From an uncultured Chitinophagaceae bacterium (GTDB lineage Bacteria; Bacteroidota; Ignavibacteria; UBA10030; UBA8401): a stretch of DNA of 64,000 bases. Positions 1 through 10,004 of this stretch are shown here, piece after piece. How positions within the stretch are numbered: the first letter of the stretch is position 1; every line of letters starts with the position of its first letter. Both the position numbers and the translations under genes were made by a program. The DNA is taken from positions 14,667 to 78,666 of the forward strand of contig CAZRWF010000002.1 of assembly GCA_964603685.1 (NCBI GenBank), given 5' to 3'. The notes beneath the pieces are model-generated. The model saw only the letters and a list, made by a program, of their open reading frames with translations. It made no database searches and had not been told where the DNA came from.

Positions 1-950
1 GGCAGTTCATCGATAATGTTCGGGATCTCCGCTCCTTCCAGCCGGAGATCCGATCGAAGAGGCGAACTGATGACGACAATGTCCCCCAATTCTTCGCCGC
101 CGACCGATCGTCTGTTTTCCACGGTGATATTTCCGTTCATCTTCCGCAGTACGTCCAAAAAACCGGTGCGCGTCGGATTTAATCCGACGTTGGTCACAAC
201 GATCTCGGAATTCGGAACGATCAGTCCGGCAACGATAAAAAATGCCGCCGATGAAGGATCGCCCGGTATCATGAATGGACGGGCATCGAATTCTTTTTTT
301 CCTTCTACGGTAATAACGGACGTCGCTCCGTTCCGCTGCACCGGAAGGTTCAGCATCCGTTCGGTATGATCGCGCGAAGGTTCATGTTCGATCACGCGCG
401 TTATTCCGTCGGCAAACAGCCCGGCAAGAAGTACGGCCGATTTTACTTGAGCGCTGGCGATGGGAAGCGTATACTCGATTGCGGAAAGCCGTTCCACCGG
501 AGAAATGGAAAGCGGTGCCGTATTCCCGGCGGAAGCGGTGATCCGTGCCCCCATCGCCGTCAGCGGATCGATGATTCGTTTCATGGGACGTTTGACGAGA
601 TATTGATCGCCGGTGATGACCGAAGGGAACGGTTGTCCAGCCAAAATTCCGGAGAGCAACCGCATAGTCGTTCCCGAGTTTCCCGCATCCAACATCGCGG
701 CGGATTGTCGCAGTCCGTACAATCCTTTTCCTTCCACCGTCACCACATGTCGATCCTGCCGAATGGAAATACCGAGCGACCGGAAACAGGCGATGGTGCT
801 GAGAGGATCGGCCGCGCTCAAAAATCCGGAGATTTCCGTCGTACCGTTCGCCAAGGCGCCGATCATTACCGCGCGATGGGAAATGGATTTGTCTCCGGGG
901 ACGCTGATTTCACCGCGCAATCCGGATGAAGGGTTGATGGTTCTGTTCAT
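1..950 (-). CDS. aroA: 3-phosphoshikimate 1-carboxyvinyltransferase (EPSP synthase), N-terminal ~316 codons; 3' end lies beyond the window
   Basis: Absent from the ORF track because it has no stop inside the window. Hand translation of the minus strand from ATG 950..948 gives MNRTINPSSGLRGEISVPGDKSISHRAVMIGALANGTTEISGF...MLDAGNSGTTMRLLSGILAGQPF... The PGDKSISHR and AGNSGTTMR motifs are typical of EPSP synthase, and the frame stays open to position 1. The + strand ORFs at 16..975 are antisense shadows. Confidence 0.85.
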   Translation of the reverse strand, partial: MNRTINPSSGLRGEISVPGDKSISHRAVMIGALANGTTEISGFLSAADPLSTIACFRSLGISIRQDRHVVTVEGKGLYGLRQSAAMLDAGNSGTTMRLLSGILAGQPFPSVITGDQYLVKRPMKRIIDPLTAMGARITASAGNTAPLSISPVERLSAIEYTLPIASAQVKSAVLLAGLFADGITRVIEHEPSRDHTERMLNLPVQRNGATSVITVEGKKEFDARPFMIPGDPSSAAFFIVAGLIVPNSEIVVTNVGLNPTRTGFLDVLRKMNGNITVENRRSVGGEELGDIVVISSPLRSDLRLEGAEIPNIIDEL

Positions 951-981
951 CTGTTCGTCTGTTCGTCGTCTTTAAAGCACA

Positions 982-1007
982 ACAGGTCGGCACGCATGCC
1001 GACCTGT
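982..1007 (-). terminator. GC-rich stem-loop downstream of pnp (terminator or processing/stability hairpin)
   Basis: 11-bp inverted repeat acaggtcggca / tgccgacctgt with a 4-nt loop, 15 nt after the pnp stop. The trailing U-tract on the minus strand is weak (tgtgcttt). Confidence 0.4.
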
Positions 1008-1022
1008 CGATGGAAGCGTCCG

Positions 1023-3140
1023 TTAATTCTGCTGTTCGGGAGCCGGTTCTTTTTTCTCCGGCGTCATCAATGCCTTGCGGCTCAGGTTCATCCTTCCTTT
1101 TTCATCGATCTCCAGAAGTTTTACCTCGAACGTATCGCCTACTTTCACGACATCGGTCACTTTCGCGACGCGTTTCGTATCAAGCTGGGAAATGTGGATC
1201 AGTCCTTCTTTTCCCGGCATGATTTCCGCGAATGCGCCGAAATCCATGATCCGTTTCACCGTTGCCTTATAGATTTTTCCCGGTTCGGGAACGGCAGTGA
1301 TCGCGTTGATCAGCGCAAGCGCTTTGTCGCTCTGTTCCTGCGATGTTGCGGCGATTTGGATCGTACCGTCATCCTCGATGTTGATGGATGAGGCGCCGGA
1401 ATCCGCAACGATGCTGCGGATCATTTTTCCGCCGGGTCCGATCACCGCACCGATCAAGTCGGTCGGTATTTTGATGGTTGTGAAGCGCGGTGCATATTGG
1501 CTGAGCGACGCTTTCGGTTGTGCGATCGCCGCGTTCATTTTTTCCAGCTTATGCAGACGGCCGGCTTTTGCCTGTTCCAACGCCGTGGCCATCAATTCCA
1601 GGGTGATGCCTTGGATTTTGATGTCCATTTGAAATGCGGTAATTCCGTCCGTTGTACCGGCGACTTTAAAATCCATATCGCCCAGATGGTCTTCGTCACC
1701 GAGAATATCGCTGAGGATCGCCACACGATCCCCTTCTTTGACCAATCCCATCGCAATACCGGCACATGCTTTTTTCAGCGGCACGCCTGCATCGAACAAC
1801 GCCAGCGAACCGGCGCAGACCGTTGCCATGGAGGACGATCCGTTCGACTCCAGAATATCGGAAACGATCCGGATGGTGTACGGGAATTCTTTTTCATCGC
1901 CGACAAGATTTTTTAACGCCCGTTCCGCAAGATTGCCGTGGCCGATCTCGCGGCGACCGGTGGTTCCCAGGCGGCCGACTTCTCCGACCGAGAACGGCGG
2001 GAAGTTGTAATGCAGCATGAACCGGCGCGGTTTTGCTTCAATTAATCCGTCCGTATTTTGTTCGTCATCTTTTGTTCCGAGCGTCACGGTCGTGAGAGAC
2101 TGCGTTTCGCCGCGGGTAAAGAGCGCGGAACCGTGGGCGCGCGGAAGCACGGCGGTCTCGATGGTGATCTGCCGGATATCGGCGAGTCCGCGGCCGTCCA
2201 GCCGTTTTTTCTTGCCGAGAATCATTTCGCGCATCTCGGTTTTTTCGATATCATGGATAATCTCTTTAATCACCGGTTCTTGTTCCGGGAATTTTTCCTT
2301 CAGCGTTTCGAGCGTTTCGGTGACGATCGCCGTTCGCCGGTCTGCCCGCTCTTCCTTAGCGGAAACGGTATTCGCGGCTTCGCGAATCCGCACTTCGGCG
2401 AGGGATTTCACTTCGGACAATAACGCCGCATCGTACGATTTCGGCGTGACAACGCGTTTCGGCTTTTTCACTTCGGCGGCGAATTCAATCTGCAACTGGC
2501 AGATCTTTTTAATCGCATCGTGACCGAAGGACAAAGCGGCGAGCATATCTTTTTCGGAAATTTCGCGGGATTCCCCTTCCACCATCAAAATGGAACTGAG
2601 CGTACCGGCAACCGTGACATCCATGTCGCTCTTTTCCAGTTCCGCAAAGGTCGGATTGAGCAGGAATTGACCGTTCACGCGGCCGACGCGGACTTCCGCA
2701 ATCGGTCCGTCGAACGGAGAATCCGAGATCATCAACGCCGCCGATGCGGCGCACGCGCCGAGCACGTCGGCATCGTTCTGCTGGTCGGAGGAATAGACGG
2801 TGACCACGATCTGCGTATCGCAATGGTAATTATCGGGGAACATCGGCCGGATCGGACGATCGATCAGCCGTGCGGAGAGGATCTCCTTATCCGACGGCCG
2901 GCCTTCCCGTTTTAAATACCCGCCGGGGATTTTTCCGGCGGCGGACATTTTTTCCCTGAACTCCACTTGCAGCGGGAAATAATCCAATCCTTCTTTCGGT
3001 TGTTTCGTCGCGACGACGGTCGCGAGGACCATCGTGTCGGCGTATCGGATCATCACCGCACCGTCTGCCTGTTTGGCAAAGCGGCCGGTTTCGAATTCCA
3101 ACGTGTAATTTCCGATCTGAACACTCTTTTTTACTATCAT
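1023..3140 (-). CDS. pnp: polyribonucleotide nucleotidyltransferase (PNPase)
   Basis: 705-aa ORF with two RNase PH-like halves (ESNGSSSMATVCAGSLAL), a C-terminal KH domain (IGPGGKMIRSI) and an S1 domain (GKIYKATVKRIMDFGAFAEI). Located after rpsO as in most bacteria. Confidence 0.97.
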   Translation of the reverse strand: MIVKKSVQIGNYTLEFETGRFAKQADGAVMIRYADTMVLATVVATKQPKEGLDYFPLQVEFREKMSAAGKIPGGYLKREGRPSDKEILSARLIDRPIRPMFPDNYHCDTQIVVTVYSSDQQNDADVLGACAASAALMISDSPFDGPIAEVRVGRVNGQFLLNPTFAELEKSDMDVTVAGTLSSILMVEGESREISEKDMLAALSFGHDAIKKICQLQIEFAAEVKKPKRVVTPKSYDAALLSEVKSLAEVRIREAANTVSAKEERADRRTAIVTETLETLKEKFPEQEPVIKEIIHDIEKTEMREMILGKKKRLDGRGLADIRQITIETAVLPRAHGSALFTRGETQSLTTVTLGTKDDEQNTDGLIEAKPRRFMLHYNFPPFSVGEVGRLGTTGRREIGHGNLAERALKNLVGDEKEFPYTIRIVSDILESNGSSSMATVCAGSLALFDAGVPLKKACAGIAMGLVKEGDRVAILSDILGDEDHLGDMDFKVAGTTDGITAFQMDIKIQGITLELMATALEQAKAGRLHKLEKMNAAIAQPKASLSQYAPRFTTIKIPTDLIGAVIGPGGKMIRSIVADSGASSINIEDDGTIQIAATSQEQSDKALALINAITAVPEPGKIYKATVKRIMDFGAFAEIMPGKEGLIHISQLDTKRVAKVTDVVKVGDTFEVKLLEIDEKGRMNLSRKALMTPEKKEPAPEQQN

Positions 3141-3184
3141 AATATTGTCTTCTTTTCTGATTGCGATGGTACGATGAATGGAGC

Positions 3185-3454
3185 TTATTTGCGAATATTC
3201 AATTCGCCGATGATTTTGCGGTACCGTTCGATATCTTTTTTCATGAGATAATCGAGCAGCCGGCGGCGTTTTCCCACCATGCGGAGCAGGCCGACGCGGG
3301 AGTGATTGTCCTTTTTGAATTTTTCAAAATGCGCGGACAATGAGTTGATGTTTGCCGTCAAGATCGCGATCTGCACTTCCGGCAGGCCGGTGTCGTTCGG
3401 TCCTTTTCCGTATTTCTTGACGAATTCGTTCTTTTGTTCCTTGGTGATTGCCAT
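3185..3454 (-). CDS. rpsO: 30S ribosomal protein S15
   Basis: 89 aa, [16 protein letters not shown]...[20 protein letters not shown]; classic S15 sequence and rpsO-pnp synteny. Confidence 0.97.
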   Translation of the reverse strand: MAITKEQKNEFVKKYGKGPNDTGLPEVQIAILTANINSLSAHFEKFKKDNHSRVGLLRMVGKRRRLLDYLMKKDIERYRKIIGELNIRK

Positions 3455-3463
3455 TGTAACTCC

Positions 3464-4414
3464 TTATGAAGATATGTGTTTGTATTGTTCTAACAATTGT
3501 TGGATCGTAATTTTGTCGTGATCGATCTCCCGGACGAGCGCATCCACGGAATCGAATTTTTTTTCATCGCGGGTCCGCTCAATGCACCGCACCGTGATCG
3601 TTTCATCGTATATGTCGTCGTCGAAGCGGAAAATATTCACTTCGATCGTCCGGTCCTGAAAATCGCCGAAGGTCGGATTATGTCCGATGCTCATCATCCC
3701 CCCGTACCACGTCCCTCGCACTTTGGTTTCCACCGCGTAGATGCCGATCGACGGGACGATTTTATTCGGGAGATCGAGACGGATGTTCGCCGTCGGGTAA
3801 CCGATCTGTTTGCCCCTTCCGAATCCCCGTACCACCATCCCGGAAAACTGATATTCATATCCCAACATCGTATTGGCCAAACCGATTCTACCGTTGATCA
3901 GTGCCGTTCGCACAGCGGAACTGCTGATGACCACGTCATCCACGCTCATCATCGCCACCGCTTCCACCGAAAAGTTGTTCAATTTTCCCAACTCCACGGT
4001 CTGATTCACCCCTCCCTCTCTGTCCCGCCCGAATTGGTGGTTAAATCCTTCCACCACTTCCGATACTCCCACGCCGTTGATGATATACGACGAATAAAAT
4101 TCCCGAAACGAAAGACGTGAGAACTCATAGGTAAAGGGGATGACAAAAACAACGTCAACACCCAACCGTTCAATGAGTTGCATCTTTTCATCGAACGTAG
4201 AAAGTAACTGTACGTCTTTTGTTCCCTTCGATACCACTTCCCGGGGATGCGGATCGAACGTCACGACGACACTGCGGCCGCCGTTGTGACGCGATTTCTC
4301 CACGATCTGTCGGATGATGGCACGATGCGCTCGATGAACTCCATCAAACATCCCGATACTGACGTACGATCGTTTATCGTATGTAATTTCCTGTAACGAT
4401 CGGGCGATAATCAT
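3464..4414 (-). CDS. ribF: bifunctional riboflavin kinase / FAD synthetase
   Basis: 316 aa. N-terminal nucleotidyltransferase motif GMFDGVHRAH and C-terminal riboflavin kinase region (GYPTANI...GHNPTF). Its ATG overlaps the truB stop (ATGA). Confidence 0.95.
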   Translation of the reverse strand: MIIARSLQEITYDKRSYVSIGMFDGVHRAHRAIIRQIVEKSRHNGGRSVVVTFDPHPREVVSKGTKDVQLLSTFDEKMQLIERLGVDVVFVIPFTYEFSRLSFREFYSSYIINGVGVSEVVEGFNHQFGRDREGGVNQTVELGKLNNFSVEAVAMMSVDDVVISSSAVRTALINGRIGLANTMLGYEYQFSGMVVRGFGRGKQIGYPTANIRLDLPNKIVPSIGIYAVETKVRGTWYGGMMSIGHNPTFGDFQDRTIEVNIFRFDDDIYDETITVRCIERTRDEKKFDSVDALVREIDHDKITIQQLLEQYKHISS

Positions 4415-5133
4415 GAAAATTCCGCGGTTGCAGGGATTATTTTTCGTTGCAGCTCATGAATCCGCTCGATCGGCAATGCATCCCGCAAAAAAAATTCGCC
4501 GATCCTCGTTCTGCATAATTGCAGAAGATACGCCCCGCATCCGAGTTGCTGTCCGACATCGTCCGCCAAAGAACGGATATAGGTCCCTTTGGAACAAACG
4601 ACCCGGAATTCGATCAGCGGCGGTCGGAATGAAACAAGTTCAAATTCCTTGATAAACACTTCCCGCCGCTCCCGTTCTATCACTTTTCCTTTTCGAGCGT
4701 CTTTGTACAAACGCCGCCCGTTCTTTTTGATCGCGGAATACATCGGCGGAAGCTGTAATTGTTTTCCCAGAAACGATGTAAACACCCGCTCTACATCGGT
4801 TTGACCAACCGCGCTAAAATCTTTTCTTTCAAAGACTTCCGTTTCTACATCAAAACTTTTTGTAGCGGCGCCGATCTCCATTGTACCGGTATACTCTTTT
4901 TCCCAACCGATAAATTGGTCGATCTGTTTGGTCATTTTCCCGGAGCACAGGATCAGCAAACCGGTCGCTTTAGGATCGAGTGTTCCGGCATGGCCCAGTT
5001 TTTTGATGTCGAACATCGATCTGATCCGGGCAACAATGTCAAAGGAAGTCCAATCGATCGGTTTGTCGACAAGAATGATCTCCCCTTCCTCAAAGTTCAG
5101 ACGCTCTTTTTCCCCCGCATGCCGGAATATCAT
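4411..5133 (-). CDS. truB: tRNA pseudouridine(55) synthase
   Basis: 240 aa with the catalytic Asp motif GHAGTLDPKATGLL; between rbfA and ribF. Confidence 0.95.
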   Translation of the reverse strand: MIFRHAGEKERLNFEEGEIILVDKPIDWTSFDIVARIRSMFDIKKLGHAGTLDPKATGLLILCSGKMTKQIDQFIGWEKEYTGTMEIGAATKSFDVETEVFERKDFSAVGQTDVERVFTSFLGKQLQLPPMYSAIKKNGRRLYKDARKGKVIERERREVFIKEFELVSFRPPLIEFRVVCSKGTYIRSLADDVGQQLGCGAYLLQLCRTRIGEFFLRDALPIERIHELQRKIIPATAEFS

Positions 5134-5489
5134 TCGGTCTTCTTATCGTCCTTGTGGATCTGTTTGATCAAATTTTCGATATGCATCGCATTGTCCAGCG
5201 ACGTATCATGGCGAAATTCGATCACCGGGACAAATTTGAGGTTGATTCTCGCTCCCAATTCCGCCCGGTAATGGCCTTTGTTTTTTTCAATCTGGGCCAT
5301 CGTTTTTTCCTGTTTTTCTTTCGTCCCCATGATGCTCACGAACACCCGCGCCGTCCGAAGATCGGGCGTGACCCGCGTTTCGGTGACGGTCGTAAATCCG
5401 AATTCGGTGCTTCCGCTGAATGCGCGGCTGAGCATCGTTCCGAGTTCTTCACGAATGAGCGAGGCGACACGTTCTGTTCGAATGGACAT
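5130..5489 (-). CDS. rbfA: ribosome-binding factor A
   Basis: 119 aa, [17 protein letters not shown]... typical RbfA N-terminus; directly follows infB (TAATG junction). Confidence 0.93.
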   Translation of the reverse strand: MSIRTERVASLIREELGTMLSRAFSGSTEFGFTTVTETRVTPDLRTARVFVSIMGTKEKQEKTMAQIEKNKGHYRAELGARINLKFVPVIEFRHDTSLDNAMHIENLIKQIHKDDKKTE

Positions 5490-8110
5490 TAGATCAGCTT
5501 CCGTTTCGTTTCGACGGTTTTAAATGCCTCGATGATATCCCCGACTTTCACATCGTTGAAATTTTCGAGACCGATACCGCACTCGAATCCCTTGTCCACT
5601 TCTTTGACGTCGTCTTTGAACCGCTTTAAGGAGGCCAATCCGCCGGTGAACACCGTCATACCGTCGCGCACCAACCGCACACGGCTGTTGCGCGTGATCT
5701 TGCCGTCCAATACCGAACATCCGGCAATCACGCCGACTTTCGATACTTTGAACGTATCGCGGACTTCCACGGTCGCTACGACTTCTTCGGTTAACGTCGG
5801 CGCCAACAATCCTTCCAAAGCGTTTTTGATTTCGTTGATGGCGTCATAAATGATGCTGTAGAGGCGGATTTCCACATTTTCCGTTTCTGCCAATCGCCGC
5901 GCATTCAAATTCGGCCGGACATGGAATCCGACGATGAGAGCGCGCGACGCTGCGGCAAGAACGACATCGGATTCGGAAATCGCACCGACCCCTTTGTGGA
6001 TGACGCGGATTTTCACTTCTTCAGTGGAGAGTTTCATCAAAGAATCTGCCAATGCTTCCACCGATCCGTCCACGTCGCCCTTCACGACAATGGACAACTC
6101 GCGCACTTGATGGCCTGCCTGGATTTGCTGCGAAATATCGTCCAGCGTAACCATTCGCACCTGCCGGAAATCCTGCTCGCGTTTTAATTGCTGACGCTTC
6201 ATGCTGATCTCGCGGGAGATCCGATCCGACTCGACGGCAATGAACTGATCACCGGCGGCGGGAATACCGTCGAACCCGAGAATCTGCACCGGTGTGGAAG
6301 GAGGCGCGGTCTCGACTTTTCTTCCTCGTTCGTCGAACATCGCTTTCACTTTACCGCTGTATATGCCGCAGATAAACGGATCACCGATGCGCAGCGTCCC
6401 TTTTTGCACCAGCACGGTTCCGATCGTTCCTTTGCCTTTGTCCACCTGCGACTCAACGACGGCACCGCGTGCCAACCGGTCCGGATTCGCCTTGAGGTCG
6501 AGCACTTCCGCTTCCAGAAGAATTTTTTCCAACAGCAGATCCATGTTCTTTCCCGATTTTGCGGAGACTTCCACGGATTGATATTTTCCGCCCCATTCTT
6601 CCACCAGCACTCCGCGGTCGGACAATTGCTGACGGATCCTGTCGGGATTTGCTTCCGGTTTATCGATCTTGTTGATGGCAATGATAATCGGAACATTCGC
6701 CGCTTTCGCGTGATTGATCGCTTCGATTGTTTGCGGCATCACATTGTCTTCCGCCGCGACGACCAGAACGACGATGTCCGTTACCTGCGCACCGCGAGCG
6801 CGCATTGCCGTAAACGCTTCGTGACCCGGTGTGTCGAGGAAAGCGATATGTTTTCCGCTCGGCAGCATCACTTCGTATGCGCCGATATGTTGCGTGATGC
6901 CGCCGGATTCGCCGGCCACAACGTTGGCATTCCGGATATAATCGAGCATGGAGGTTTTACCATGATCGACATGTCCCATAATCGTCACGACAGGCGGTCG
7001 CGGACGTAATTTTTCCGGCGGATCGGGTATATCTTCCAGAACGTCCACCGTGAATTCGGATTCGAAGTCCACTTGTTTGCCGTATTCATCGGCAAGAAGG
7101 ATGATCGTATCCTTGTCCAACCGTTGATTGATGGAGACCATCATTCCGAGTCCCATCGATTTCGCAATCACATCGGCCGGACTGACCTTCATTAAATTGG
7201 CCATTTCGCCGACCGTGACGAATTCCGTTACGCGGATCTTATTTGCATCGAGCGCTTTCGCTTCATCGAGCAATGCCTGTTCTTCTTCGCGTTCCCGTTT
7301 CCGTTTTTTCCGGTGGGCGGCGCGGCTGCTGATCACCGTTTCCGCATCGTCTAATTCTGCGAGGGTCCGTTTGATCGTTTCGTCGACTTGTCCCTGGTCG
7401 ATTTCATACGGACGCAACTTTCCTTTTTTCTTCTTTTTCCCCTTGGCGTCCGATTCGCTCTCCGTCTCGGGGGATTTCGTCTCGCTGCTTCCGGCGATTT
7501 TTTTCTTCTTTTTCTTCTTTTTCTTGATGTCGTCAGACTCGGACGAACCGGTCACGACGGAGCCGTCCTTCGTTGTTCGTTCGAGTTTTTTGGCCGGTTT
7601 CGGTTTTGCGAGTTCGATTTTTCCTTTTACCGTTAATCCCTTCATTTGGGATCCGCGGTTCGCCCGTAACGTTTCCAGAGGCGAGTGCGAGCGTTCCTCT
7701 TCCGTTTTGGGTTCCGCCACCTCGGCTTCCGGCGTTTGCAGCGATTTGATGACAACGGTTTCCGCCGGCGGTACGGCGGCGGGAGCATCGGCTGTCGGAA
7801 CAAGTGCCGGTTCGACCGTCGACGGTTTTTTCTCTTCGGCTTCTTCTTCTTCTTCCTTCAACTTGCTTTCCGTGGCCCGTCGCCGGGTTTCTTTCATTTC
7901 GGCGATCTTCCGCTGATGCCGTTCGGCCGTATCCTTCTCCTTTTTAAAGTGAGAATTGATATCCCGCAACATCTCATCATCCACCGAGGACATGAGATTT
8001 TTGACCTGTTTGTATCCTTTTTTGTTCAAAAAGGCGACGACATCGGTGAAACTGATGTTCAGATCTTTGGCGACATCTTTGACTTTAACTTTTTTTGCTG
8101 CTTCGGACAT
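5489..8110 (-). CDS. infB: translation initiation factor IF-2
   Basis: 873 aa. GTPase motifs [17 protein letters not shown] and NKID. Long K/E/A/P-rich low-complexity N-terminal region. AAGGAAA Shine-Dalgarno before the ATG. Confidence 0.97.
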   Translation of the reverse strand: MSEAAKKVKVKDVAKDLNISFTDVVAFLNKKGYKQVKNLMSSVDDEMLRDINSHFKKEKDTAERHQRKIAEMKETRRRATESKLKEEEEEAEEKKPSTVEPALVPTADAPAAVPPAETVVIKSLQTPEAEVAEPKTEEERSHSPLETLRANRGSQMKGLTVKGKIELAKPKPAKKLERTTKDGSVVTGSSESDDIKKKKKKKKKIAGSSETKSPETESESDAKGKKKKKGKLRPYEIDQGQVDETIKRTLAELDDAETVISSRAAHRKKRKREREEEQALLDEAKALDANKIRVTEFVTVGEMANLMKVSPADVIAKSMGLGMMVSINQRLDKDTIILLADEYGKQVDFESEFTVDVLEDIPDPPEKLRPRPPVVTIMGHVDHGKTSMLDYIRNANVVAGESGGITQHIGAYEVMLPSGKHIAFLDTPGHEAFTAMRARGAQVTDIVVLVVAAEDNVMPQTIEAINHAKAANVPIIIAINKIDKPEANPDRIRQQLSDRGVLVEEWGGKYQSVEVSAKSGKNMDLLLEKILLEAEVLDLKANPDRLARGAVVESQVDKGKGTIGTVLVQKGTLRIGDPFICGIYSGKVKAMFDERGRKVETAPPSTPVQILGFDGIPAAGDQFIAVESDRISREISMKRQQLKREQDFRQVRMVTLDDISQQIQAGHQVRELSIVVKGDVDGSVEALADSLMKLSTEEVKIRVIHKGVGAISESDVVLAAASRALIVGFHVRPNLNARRLAETENVEIRLYSIIYDAINEIKNALEGLLAPTLTEEVVATVEVRDTFKVSKVGVIAGCSVLDGKITRNSRVRLVRDGMTVFTGGLASLKRFKDDVKEVDKGFECGIGLENFNDVKVGDIIEAFKTVETKRKLI

Positions 8111-8136
8111 TCGTTTCCTTTTATGGTGGAGCGGTG

Positions 8137-9423
8137 TTATGACGCCGACTTTTCAGCGGCCGGGGCCGGGGACGGTTCGTCCTCGTCCTCGTCGACTTCC
8201 GCTTCTTCGTATTCTTTTTTGATCAGTTCAACAATTTCTTTCAACTTTTCCGCATCGGTGCCGATCTCTTCCGTCAGATCGTCGAAATCCGCATCGATAA
8301 CTTCTTTTGCGGTTTCATATCCTGCTTCGACGAATTTGGCATACAGTTCATCGCCCAATTCTTCTTTGAACTCTTCCAGGTCGATGTCGTATTCGCTTCC
8401 TTCTTTCACCAATTGGATGTCATAACCGGTCAATTTGCTCGCCAGTCGGATGTTTTGCCCTCCTTTGCCGATCGCCATGGAGACTTGCGATTCTTCCACG
8501 GTGACGGTCGCTTTCCCCTCTTCTTTATCCAACTCGATGCTTTTCAATTTTGCCGGAGCCAGTGCGCGGGTGATGAACGTGGCGTGATCGTCGCTGAAGT
8601 TGATCACATCGATATTTTCGTTGTTCAGTTCCCGCACGATGGCATGGATCCGCACCCCTTTCATCCCAACGCAAGCGCCGACGGCATCGATCCGATCGTC
8701 GGAGGATTCCACGGCCACTTTCGCCCGTTCGCCCGGTTCCCGTGCGATGCTTTTGATTTCAATAATGCCGTCATACACTTCCGGAATTTCCAATTCGAAC
8801 AGCCGCTCCAAAAACCGTGAATCGGTCCGCGAAATGACGACAACAGGACTGCTGGTATTTTTCCGTACTTCTTTTACCACGCCGCGCACCGTATCGCCTT
8901 TTTTGAATCGTTCCTTCGGGATCTGTTCACTTCGGGGGAGGAGCAGCTCGTTTTTATTATGCATGATCAACAAGTCGTTGTTCCGGATCTGATACACTTC
9001 TCCGACGACGATCTCTCCGATGGAATTGGAGTATTCGCTGAAGATAAGTTCCTTTTCGATCTCTTTGATCCGCTGCGTAAAATTCTGTTTGGCGGTAGTG
9101 ACCAACCGCCGGCCGAATTGTGCCAGCGGAATGATTTCGACGTATTCTTCCCCGATTTCCAATTCTTCCCCGGAAAGTTTGCGGGCGGATTCCACATCGA
9201 TCTGTGTTGCGGGGTTCTCCACGGTCTCCACAATCTGGCGCTCGAGATAAATTTCGATATCGCCTTTATCCATGTTCACGACCACATCGAATTTCGCATC
9301 CAGTCCGTATTTTTTCCGCACCATCATCCCAAAGATGTCCTCGACGATGCCGGCGAGGATATCCTTGTCGATGCTTTTGTCGCGCACCAGGCCGGAAAAT
9401 GATTCTACGATCTCATGATTCAT
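8137..9423 (-). CDS. nusA: transcription termination/antitermination factor NusA
   Basis: 428 aa with an N-terminal domain, an S1 domain, two KH domains (GACVGMKGVRI, AIGKGGQNIRLASKL) and an acidic C-terminal tail. Confidence 0.97.
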   Translation of the reverse strand: MNHEIVESFSGLVRDKSIDKDILAGIVEDIFGMMVRKKYGLDAKFDVVVNMDKGDIEIYLERQIVETVENPATQIDVESARKLSGEELEIGEEYVEIIPLAQFGRRLVTTAKQNFTQRIKEIEKELIFSEYSNSIGEIVVGEVYQIRNNDLLIMHNKNELLLPRSEQIPKERFKKGDTVRGVVKEVRKNTSSPVVVISRTDSRFLERLFELEIPEVYDGIIEIKSIAREPGERAKVAVESSDDRIDAVGACVGMKGVRIHAIVRELNNENIDVINFSDDHATFITRALAPAKLKSIELDKEEGKATVTVEESQVSMAIGKGGQNIRLASKLTGYDIQLVKEGSEYDIDLEEFKEELGDELYAKFVEAGYETAKEVIDADFDDLTEEIGTDAEKLKEIVELIKKEYEEAEVDEDEDEPSPAPAAEKSAS

Positions 9424-9458
9424 TGTACTTCTCCCAAAAATAAACTGCTGTTCTGTTG

Positions 9459-9911
9459 CTAAATAAGCGGCACCACCATTGTTTCCACAATGGATTCGAA
9501 CGGAATGACGGTCTCCTTTTTGTTCTTTACGACGGTGATCGAATCCGCGGTCACCTGTTCCAAAATTCCTTCGAGCAAGACTTTTTTCCCTTCACCGGTA
9601 TATTTCACCGCGCATTTTCGTCCGATGTTCTTCACATACTGCCGGTGTAATCGCAACGGACGGTCCAGACCGGGTGAAGAAACATCCAGCCGGTACCGGC
9701 CGTCGATTAATTCGTTCGCATCCAGCCATTCGGACAACAACCGGCTGATATCGGAACATTGTTCCAGTGTGATCCCGGCATCGGTGTCGACATACACTTC
9801 GATCACTTTGCTGGAACGTTCGCCGCGGAAAACGACATCCACGACATACGCGCCGATCGGCGCGGTGAATGTCTCCGCAATTTCTCGAATTTTGTCAGGA
9901 ACGGAAGGCAT
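9459..9911 (-). CDS. rimP: ribosome maturation factor RimP
   Basis: The track ORF starts at a GTG at 9974, but that extension would run through a strong terminator hairpin and a promoter. The ATG at 9911 (MPSVPDKIREIAETF...) gives a 150-aa protein of normal RimP size directly upstream of nusA. Confidence 0.85.
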   Translation of the reverse strand: MPSVPDKIREIAETFTAPIGAYVVDVVFRGERSSKVIEVYVDTDAGITLEQCSDISRLLSEWLDANELIDGRYRLDVSSPGLDRPLRLHRQYVKNIGRKCAVKYTGEGKKVLLEGILEQVTADSITVVKNKKETVIPFESIVETMVVPLI

Positions 9912-9922
9912 ACAGTCTCTAC

Positions 9923-9953
9923 CAAAAAAAAGTCCCGCAATAGAGGCGGGACT
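9923..9953 (-). terminator. intrinsic terminator: ends the 1160-aa gene transcript and lies in the rimP leader
   Basis: Minus strand AGTCCCGC-ctctatt-GCGGGACT followed by TTTTTTTT; 8-bp GC-rich stem plus U8. Confidence 0.7.
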
Positions 9954-9964
9954 TTCACTACGAC

Positions 9965-9993
9965 AATATACCACGATTTCAATTGAGTCGCAA
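9965..9993 (-). promoter_or_regulatory. sigma70-like promoter of the rimP-nusA-infB operon
   Basis: Minus strand TTGCGA (9993..9988), 17-nt spacer, TATATT (9970..9965), located between the stop of the 1160-aa gene and the hairpin. Confidence 0.5.
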
Positions 9994-10004
9994 GAGATTT
10001 ATCA

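Noticed and set aside
16-975. Three + strand ORFs of 117, 187 and 120 aa at the left edge
   Set aside because: They are antisense shadows of aroA. The minus strand translates to an unmistakable EPSP synthase N-terminal portion, while the + strand products are Arg/Ser/Pro-rich with no family features.
7400-7560. A-rich lysine-codon runs in infB (nine consecutive Lys, plus further Lys-rich stretches) as a possible slippery or frameshift site
   Set aside because: The reading frame is continuous through to the GTPase domain. Low-complexity N-termini are normal for IF-2.
5921-8425. Long + strand ORFs (88, 273, 262 and 246 aa) opposite infB and nusA
   Set aside because: They are antisense to two of the best-conserved genes in the window. 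Their S/F/R-rich low-complexity translations mirror the K/E/A-rich IF-2 N-terminus. No start context or SD.
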